Notes under the pieces: model-generated
Told to the model about the DNA's origin: nothing
The model's database searches: none
What the model saw: only the letters and a program-made list of their open reading frames with translations
In this document: positions 8,891-14,240 of the stretch, piece after piece
Layout of the letters: each line of letters opens with the position of its first letter
Position numbering within the stretch: position 1 is the first letter of the stretch
Program-made: the position numbers and the translations under genes
Assembly: GCA_046583315.1 (NCBI GenBank)
Contig: JAYGCN010000166.1
Coordinates: 1-14,240 of the forward strand
Source: Candidatus Hydrogenedentota bacterium
GTDB taxonomy: Bacteria > Hydrogenedentota > Hydrogenedentia > Hydrogenedentales > GCA-2746185
Length of the DNA: 14,240 bases
Direction of reading: 5' to 3'

Positions 8891-9577
8891 TCACGCGGAA
8901 TCCAATCGGTCCGCCGCATGTTCCAGCCGCTCGACCAAACTAGCCAGAGACTCGTTGGGCGCATCGCTCGATTCGATTCCGCAGAGCACTGTTCGCGAAA
9001 TAGATTCTGTGACTTTATCCACATCGATCGCCTTTCCGGTCGTCATGTATGACCACGCGATCATCTCGAGTCCGCCGCCAATCATGTCGCGTACGATACC
9101 CGGCGAGATGTCCACGCTAAATGAGCCGTCCTCGATGCCCGCCCTAATCTCGTCCGCAAGCAGGACCGCAAAATGGCGATTCAAGTCTTGTGCGATGGAT
9201 GGATGGTTGTCGTCGAACTGGCGCACGTCGCGCGTGATGAGTCCACACATACCGCGATCTCCTGAAATCGCAACGAGCGCGCGACGAATCAAGTAGCGTA
9301 GACGATTGCCGTGTCCTTCTATGGCAGGCAGCGTCTGCTGAATGTCGTCAAAGATGACCGTGTAGTGACGTCGTAGTACTTCGTAGAGCAAGCCACGCTT
9401 ACCTTCGAAGTAACGGTAAATCGTGCCTTCCGCGATGCCCGCATCTCTCGCAATATCGACGATGGAGCCCTTCTCGTAACCGCACGAACAAAACACCTTT
9501 CGTGCCGACTCGACGATAGTGTCCACCCGCTGCTCCTTCGGGGGGCGAGGGACTCTGGTTGGGGTATCGATGCTCAT
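8891..9577 (-). CDS. TetR/AcrR family transcriptional regulator
   Basis: HTH: IVESARKVF...GYEKGSIVDIARDAGIAEGTIYRYFEGKRGLL. Start moved from 9640 to ATG 9577 because the extra 21 codons run through the predicted promoter and AGGA lies upstream of 9577. Confidence 0.93.
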   Translation of the reverse strand: MSIDTPTRVPRPPKEQRVDTIVESARKVFCSCGYEKGSIVDIARDAGIAEGTIYRYFEGKRGLLYEVLRRHYTVIFDDIQQTLPAIEGHGNRLRYLIRRALVAISGDRGMCGLITRDVRQFDDNHPSIAQDLNRHFAVLLADEIRAGIEDGSFSVDISPGIVRDMIGGGLEMIAWSYMTTGKAIDVDKVTESISRTVLCGIESSDAPNESLASLVERLEHAADRLDSA

Positions 9578-9618
9578 GGAATGCGTGATCCTATTGGGAA
9601 TGCATATGAATTTCTTTA

Positions 9619-9647
9619 AAAGTATCAAAATAGTGAACATTATTCAA
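9619..9647 (-). promoter_or_regulatory. Predicted sigma70 promoter for the TetR-led cluster
   Basis: Minus strand: -35 TTGAAT (9647-9642), 17-bp spacer, extended -10 TG-a-TACTTT (9627-9619), about 40 bp upstream of ATG 9577. Confidence 0.6.
9634..9646. promoter_or_regulatory. Putative TetR operator 1 (TGAA-N5-TTCA)
   Basis: agTGAAcattaTTCAat overlaps the -35 of the leftward promoter and matches operator 2 in inverted orientation. Confidence 0.6.
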
Positions 9648-9726
9648 TAGCGATTCTCTGAAATACTAATTTGAAAATACGCTTATAAATAGGTAAAAAC
9701 TGACCACAATGATTGTTGCGCAAGGA

Positions 9727-9755
9727 TTGACAATGGCAGATCATGCAAATATAAT
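9727..9755 (+). promoter_or_regulatory. Consensus sigma70 promoter for the aminotransferase
   Basis: TTGACA (9727-9732), exactly 17 bp, TATAAT (9750-9755), 76 bp upstream of ATG 9832. Confidence 0.85.
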
Positions 9756-9767
9756 GAATCCAATTCA
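9755..9767. promoter_or_regulatory. Putative TetR operator 2 (TGAA-N5-TTCA)
   Basis: aaTGAAtccaaTTCAct overlaps the last base of the -10 and the expected +1, a typical repressor position. Confidence 0.62.
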
Positions 9768-9831
9768 CTTAATGGTATTTGTGTTATTCTCAAAGCACGT
9801 TGAACAGTAGAAGTTATCAAGGGGATGAGTC

Positions 9832-11202
9832 ATGTCCAGAACGGAAGAGCTTCTTACTAAATACGAGGAGGAGATTGAGGCGATTTGGCGCAGCAAGACC
9901 CCAAAGTCCCGGGAGCTGTGCGAGCATGCAGAAAAATTTACCCCCGGTGGCGCACTGAGGTCTCACCCCACCGGAACCTATCCCGCCTATGGTGAGCGGG
10001 TGGACGGATGTTATATCTACGATGTCGATGGGAACCGCTATATCGATCTCATTGTGGGTATGACCTGCATCATGGGACACAATAATCCAAAGATAGCCCA
10101 AGCCCTTCAGGAACAGATACCCAAGGGCCTCGTTTCTTTCCAGCCCGATGTAGGTAGAGATGTCTTGGCAGAAATGATGTGTAAACGAGTCCCCTCGATA
10201 GACAAAGTGTGGTTCACCCTAGGCGGGTCCCAGTCCTTCATGTGGGCCATACGCGCGGCCCGGGGTTTCACGGGCAGGGACAAAATCCTCAAGATACGGG
10301 GGGGATATAACGGCACCTACGACGACGCACTGGCTATCCCGCCTAATCCCAATCTGCCTAACGGGTTTCGCGGATTGCCCAAGAATACGCTAGAGAACAT
10401 ACTGATGACCCACTGGAACGACAAGGAGATGACCGAGAAAATTATCCGGGAAAACAAGGATGACCTCGCCGCCGTACTCACCGAAGGCGTGCAAACCGGT
10501 GGTACGATCCAGCCCAAAGACGGCTACCTCACCTTCCTGAGAGAGCTATGCACCAAATACGGCATCGTTCTAATCTTTGATGAAATCGTAAACTTCTGGC
10601 TCGACCACGGTGGCACCGGAGCACTCTTCGATGTCAAACCCGATATGACCTGCTATGGCAAAGGCATCGGAGGCGGACTGCCCATGGGCATGATTGGCGG
10701 TCGCGAAGACATCATGAAGCTCTTCAGCCAGAAGGAGCAAGTCAGGATAGCCGCCATCGCCGCGCACACGGGCGACCCCATGAGTGTTGCCGCCAGCACA
10801 GCGTGTCTCAATATAATGACATCAGATGAAATCGCGCGTATTAATGCCAACGGTGAATTAATGTCCAATGGTATCCAGAATATTCTCAAGGAACTGGAAA
10901 TCAGGGGTCAGGTGATGGGATACGGCAATCATCAAAGTGTTCACCTGACCACCGACGAAGAAGTCGTCGATCCGGTCGACTATTTGGCCGCTGCTAACGC
11001 GCCGGGACTGTCGAAAGTGATGGGATTGTATCGTCGCTCGCTCATGAACAAAGGCCTACGCACGCTCGAGAATTTAATGGCGCTGAGGGTATCAACTCCA
11101 TTATCCGAGACCGAGATCGAAACAGCACTCGCTGCCATGCGAGAAGGCTTCACAGAAATCCACCCCATACTTAAAGAAGTAGCACCTCATCTGGTAAGTT
11201 AA
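9832..11202 (+). CDS. Class III PLP-dependent aminotransferase, glutamate-1-semialdehyde aminomutase-like paralog (probably not HemL)
   Basis: GCYIYDVDGNRYIDL, MGHNNP, DLAAVLTE, LIFDEIV, and the PLP lysine in PDMTCYGKGIGGGLPMG. AAGGGG RBS. Confidence 0.9.
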   Translation: MSRTEELLTKYEEEIEAIWRSKTPKSRELCEHAEKFTPGGALRSHPTGTYPAYGERVDGCYIYDVDGNRYIDLIVGMTCIMGHNNPKIAQALQEQIPKGLVSFQPDVGRDVLAEMMCKRVPSIDKVWFTLGGSQSFMWAIRAARGFTGRDKILKIRGGYNGTYDDALAIPPNPNLPNGFRGLPKNTLENILMTHWNDKEMTEKIIRENKDDLAAVLTEGVQTGGTIQPKDGYLTFLRELCTKYGIVLIFDEIVNFWLDHGGTGALFDVKPDMTCYGKGIGGGLPMGMIGGREDIMKLFSQKEQVRIAAIAAHTGDPMSVAASTACLNIMTSDEIARINANGELMSNGIQNILKELEIRGQVMGYGNHQSVHLTTDEEVVDPVDYLAAANAPGLSKVMGLYRRSLMNKGLRTLENLMALRVSTPLSETEIETALAAMREGFTEIHPILKEVAPHLVS

Positions 11203-11240
11203 CTGAATAAACAAGAAGAAAACACGAGAGGAATGAACTC

Positions 11241-11996
11241 ATGAAAAAGGCATATCGTACACTTGCGCCGCTGCTGTTACTGTTGATCGTGAGCCTTTCA
11301 CTCCAGGCGCAAGAATCTTCTCCGCCCGGGGGCCTTGCTTTTCTCGCGCAGTCCGACCATGAAGGCCCCGTGACCGTCATCGACCTGGTCAAGTTCAAGC
11401 CCGATGGCGAGGAAAGCTACAACAAGTACGACGCGCTCGCCGAGGCAAAGCTGACGTCGCTCGGAGGCGAAGTCATTTTTCGCGGCTACTCGAAACCGGT
11501 CGAAGGACGGGATTCCGCGAGCTGGGATCGCGTTACGATGCGCAAGTATCCCTCGGCCAAAGTCGTCGTCGAGATGGGCTCAAGCAGCGAATATCGCGTC
11601 GCCTTTCCCCATCGGATGCAAGGCGTAGAGAAGTCGCTCGTTTATGCCTTCGGTGGCAATGCGATGCCGCGCGTCGCTACGGCGGAATCCTCCGACGCAG
11701 TCTATATGCTTAATCTACTTCGATTCAACGACAACGGAGGAATGGCCGGCTATAACGATTATGGTTTGCACGCCATGCCTTTAATTCGACAGACCAAAGC
11801 GCGCCCCGTCTTGAGCATGAATGGCCTCACGGCCGTTATCTCCGAAGAAGAGATTGACAGGATGATCCTCGTCATGTACCCCTCGCCTGATAGCTTCCTC
11901 TCGATGATAACCAGTCCGGAGTATCGCGCGATCGCGCACAAGCGCACCGATTCGATCGAACTAGGGCTACTGTTCCCCTTCTCAGACCATCGTTGA
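11241..11996 (+). CDS. Signal-peptide protein with two tandem DUF1330-like (dimeric alpha/beta barrel) domains
   Basis: Signal MKKAYRTLAPLLLLLIVSLSLQA|QE. Two repeats: VIDLVKF...SYNKY...WDRV...YPS...SSEYR...HR and MLNLLRF...GYNDY...IDRM...YPS...SPEYR...KR. GAGAGGA RBS. Confidence 0.8.
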   Translation: MKKAYRTLAPLLLLLIVSLSLQAQESSPPGGLAFLAQSDHEGPVTVIDLVKFKPDGEESYNKYDALAEAKLTSLGGEVIFRGYSKPVEGRDSASWDRVTMRKYPSAKVVVEMGSSSEYRVAFPHRMQGVEKSLVYAFGGNAMPRVATAESSDAVYMLNLLRFNDNGGMAGYNDYGLHAMPLIRQTKARPVLSMNGLTAVISEEEIDRMILVMYPSPDSFLSMITSPEYRAIAHKRTDSIELGLLFPFSDHR

Positions 11997-12059
11997 TTCG
12001 TTTCAGAGATTCGTGCGCTATCAGTAAACTAAACCAAACTATATTTAGGAGATGTATCA

Positions 12060-12434
12060 ATGAGTGACCAACAACAAATAGAAAATACGATTCAGACCTA
12101 CTTTGACTCGTCGAACGAATCAAGCGCCGAAAAGGTCCACGCGGCATTTCACCCCAACGCAAAAATCACAGGCTACACAGACGACGGCCTCCGTGAGATA
12201 CCCGTGTCCGACTACGCGAAACTCGTCAGGAGTCTGCAGCCATCACCCAAGGACAAGGGCGAAACGCTTAAGGCTGAAATCCTGTCAATCGAAATCGCAG
12301 GCGACACCGCCGTAGCCCGCGTACGGGATGACTTCGTAGGCAAGACCTACCTGGATACACTTTCGCTGATAAAAGTCGACGGCACGTGGGTCATCTACAA
12401 CAAACTCTTCCATATCGAAGGACCATCAGCCTAG
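12060..12434 (+). CDS. NTF2-like / putative lumazine-binding family protein
   Basis: IENTIQTYFD...AFHPNAKI...ILSIEIAGDTAVARV...YLDTLSLIKVDGTWVIYNKLF. AGGAGA RBS. Confidence 0.88.
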   Translation: MSDQQQIENTIQTYFDSSNESSAEKVHAAFHPNAKITGYTDDGLREIPVSDYAKLVRSLQPSPKDKGETLKAEILSIEIAGDTAVARVRDDFVGKTYLDTLSLIKVDGTWVIYNKLFHIEGPSA

Positions 12435-12482
12435 AACAAACAACGGGTTATAAAGTTCGACTCAACGAAAAGGATTTCCAAG

Positions 12483-14122
12483 GTGCGATTCATTCCGCCA
12501 TTTATCCGTCAGTCCAGTTCGCGATTGCTTCTGCTCGTAGCGATTTTATTGACCTCTTACCCGGCTCAGGCTGAAACGGTCGCAGATGTCATCGTCTACG
12601 GCGCCACACCCGGCGGGTATTGTGCCGCCATTGCAGCGCCCGGGAGGGGGTCTCAGTTATCCTGTTGGAGCCGACGGACCACATCGGTGCTGTGAACACA
12701 GGTGGCCTGAGTCACAGTGATTCAAACCAATGCGACCGTAGCACGGTGATGGGTCTATTCGATGAATGGCACACGCGTATTGAGAAGGACTACACATCAC
12801 GGGGAATTAAGTTGCCCTATACGGTGAGCGTCAAAGATCACGCAATATGGACTTACGAACCCCATGTAGCTGCTCGCGTGACGAAGCAAATGCTCGATGA
12901 GGCCAAGGTCGAAGTCCTGACGAATCGTTACCTCCAGTCGGTGAAAAAAGAGGGGACGCGAATCACCGCCGTCCACACCAGCAACGGCACATTCACTGCC
13001 AAGGTCTTCATTGATGCCACCTACGAAGGTGACCTCATGGCTGCGGCTGGCGTCAGTTGGACGATTGAACGTGAAGGTCGTGCTGAATATGGCGAATCCT
13101 TTGCGGGCAAACAGTACCCGAAGTCGAAGATGAACATAAACGGCTTTGACAGCGACGGAAACATTCTGCCACTGATTACCACGACCGATGCCGGACCGGA
13201 CGAAGACGGCGATTCCAATGTGATGGTCTACAGCTTTCGGCTATGTCTAACAGAGAAGTCCGAAAATCGTGTACCTTTTCCAAAGCCCTCGAACTACGAC
13301 CCCGCACGCTTCGAAATCGTACGTCGTTTCATTAAAGCAGGCGGAACACCTGGTTTCGATCTCTACCCACTTCCGGGTGGAAAATTTGACGGCAACAATT
13401 CCATTGGCGGGCAGTTCTCTTTGGGCTTTGTCGGTGGCGGTAATGGTTGGAGCGAAGCGGATGAAGCGGGACGCGCAATAATCTGGGAAGCACACAAACA
13501 GTACACACTAGAACTCTACCATTTTCTCACGACCGACCCGGCTGTACCCGAAGGCATCCGTGTAAAGTATGCCAAGCTGGGCCTGTGCAAGGATGAATTC
13601 GCTAACTACGGACACTTTTCTCCCGCGCTATATGTTCGCGAAGGGAGGCGCATGAAAGGTATGTATGTGCTCAGCCAGAAGGATATCCTGGAAGAACCGG
13701 AGAAGGACGACCCCATTGTGATTTCTTCCTTTCCCATTGATTCACATGACTGCCAACGGGTCGCGTTGAAGGACGGCGGCGTTATCAATGAAGGAACCAT
13801 TTTTCCTGTAAGGACAAAAAACCCCAAACAAGGCTACGTTTATCACATCCCCTATCGAGCCATACTTCCTAAACCCGACGAATGTTCTAACCTGCTCGTC
13901 CCCGTGGCACTGTCTTGCACCCACGTCGGGATTTCCTCCATCCGGGTGGAGCCCACCTGGATGATTCTCGGTCAAAGTGCGGGCGTTGCAGCAGCGATGG
14001 CTGCTAAGCGAGACACAACGGTGCAAAAGGTGCCCTATCCGAAGCTACGCGAGAGATTACTGGCTCAGGGCCAGGTACTGGAACTTCCCGCGTTGCGAAA
14101 ACCTTCTGTTGAAACAAAGTAG
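12483..14122 (+). CDS. Exported FAD-dependent oxidoreductase (FAD_oxidored/PF12831-like), interrupted by a single-base frameshift near 12636-12638 (recent pseudogene or sequencing error)
   Basis: ORF 12483 supplies a signal-like peptide and ADVIVYGATPGGYCAAIAA. ORF 12620 continues AREGVSVILLEP...FIDATYEGDLMAAAGV...LYVREGRR...IPYRAI...NLLVPVALSCTHV..SSIRVEPTWMILGQSAG. One added base joins them into a 546-aa protein. AAGGA RBS upstream of GTG 12483. Confidence 0.88.
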
Positions 14123-14128
14123 ATCATA

Positions 14129-14161
14129 TGAGCGGGGCGATAGGATTTGAATATCCGACCT
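14129..14161 (-). other. Degenerate tRNA-Pro-like 3' fragment (not a functional tRNA; possible att-site remnant)
   Basis: Minus strand AGGTCGGATATTCAAATCCTATCGCCCCGCTCA resembles the tRNA-Pro 3' end pattern GGTCGnAGGTTCAAATCCTnTCGCCCCGACCA. There is no anticodon arm, D-arm or 5' acceptor strand adjacent. Confidence 0.55.
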
Positions 14162-14240
14162 TTAACAGGGAAGTCGAAATCGCGATCAGGGAAGGGTGTT
14201 TGGTCTGCATTTCGGTTCTCGCGGCAGACCGAATGTTCTC

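Noticed and set aside
8466..9296. 276-aa plus-strand ORF
   Set aside because: Antisense to the Gfo/Idh/MocA and TetR genes, with Ser/Pro/Arg-rich non-protein-like composition.
9578..9640. Longer TetR N-terminus from the ORF track (similarly the 1907 SDR, 1778 NHL and 2791 esterase starts)
   Set aside because: The extensions overlap promoter or intergenic elements or a neighbouring gene. Downstream starts have better RBS or signal-peptide support.
9671..9699. Second rightward promoter TTGAAA-N17-TAAAAA
   Set aside because: Weak -10 lacking the final T in an AT-rich tract; a perfect promoter lies just downstream.
9832..11202. Assigning the symbol hemL
   Set aside because: Several HemL-typical motifs are altered and there is no tetrapyrrole gene context.
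12483..12695. Independent 70-aa small protein
   Set aside because: It is the N-terminus of the frameshifted FAD oxidoreductase; its tail after AAIAA is out-of-frame sequence.
14129..14205. Intact tRNA gene
   Set aside because: Only a mismatched 3' portion is present, and no cloverleaf can be built.

Overview
Gene-dense bacterial accessory-metabolism region with 13 protein-coding loci. I found no rRNA, intact tRNA, CRISPR array, integrase/transposase or recognisable defence system. Left part: a 5'-truncated aldo/keto reductase, a secreted six-repeat NHL beta-propeller, an SDR, and a secreted PHB-depolymerase/LpqC-like esterase with an unexplained ~105-aa C-terminal appendage. Centre: a divergent module. 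A minus-strand TetR > Gfo/Idh/MocA dehydrogenase > GPH-type MFS transporter > two-domain VOC protein > extended SDR cluster faces a plus-strand atypical GSA-aminomutase-like class III aminotransferase > secreted tandem DUF1330 > NTF2-like protein. The AT-rich spacer holds a perfect TTGACA-N17-TATAAT promoter and an opposing extended -10 promoter, each overlapped by a TGAA-N5-TTCA palindrome (probable TetR operator). This is the best candidate for an uncharacterised catabolic regulon; its substrate cannot be read from sequence. Right end: a signal-peptide-bearing FAD oxidoreductase split by a one-base deletion, followed by a degenerate tRNA-Pro-like 3' fragment that may be an att-site scar. Family calls come from motif recognition by eye, not database searches.
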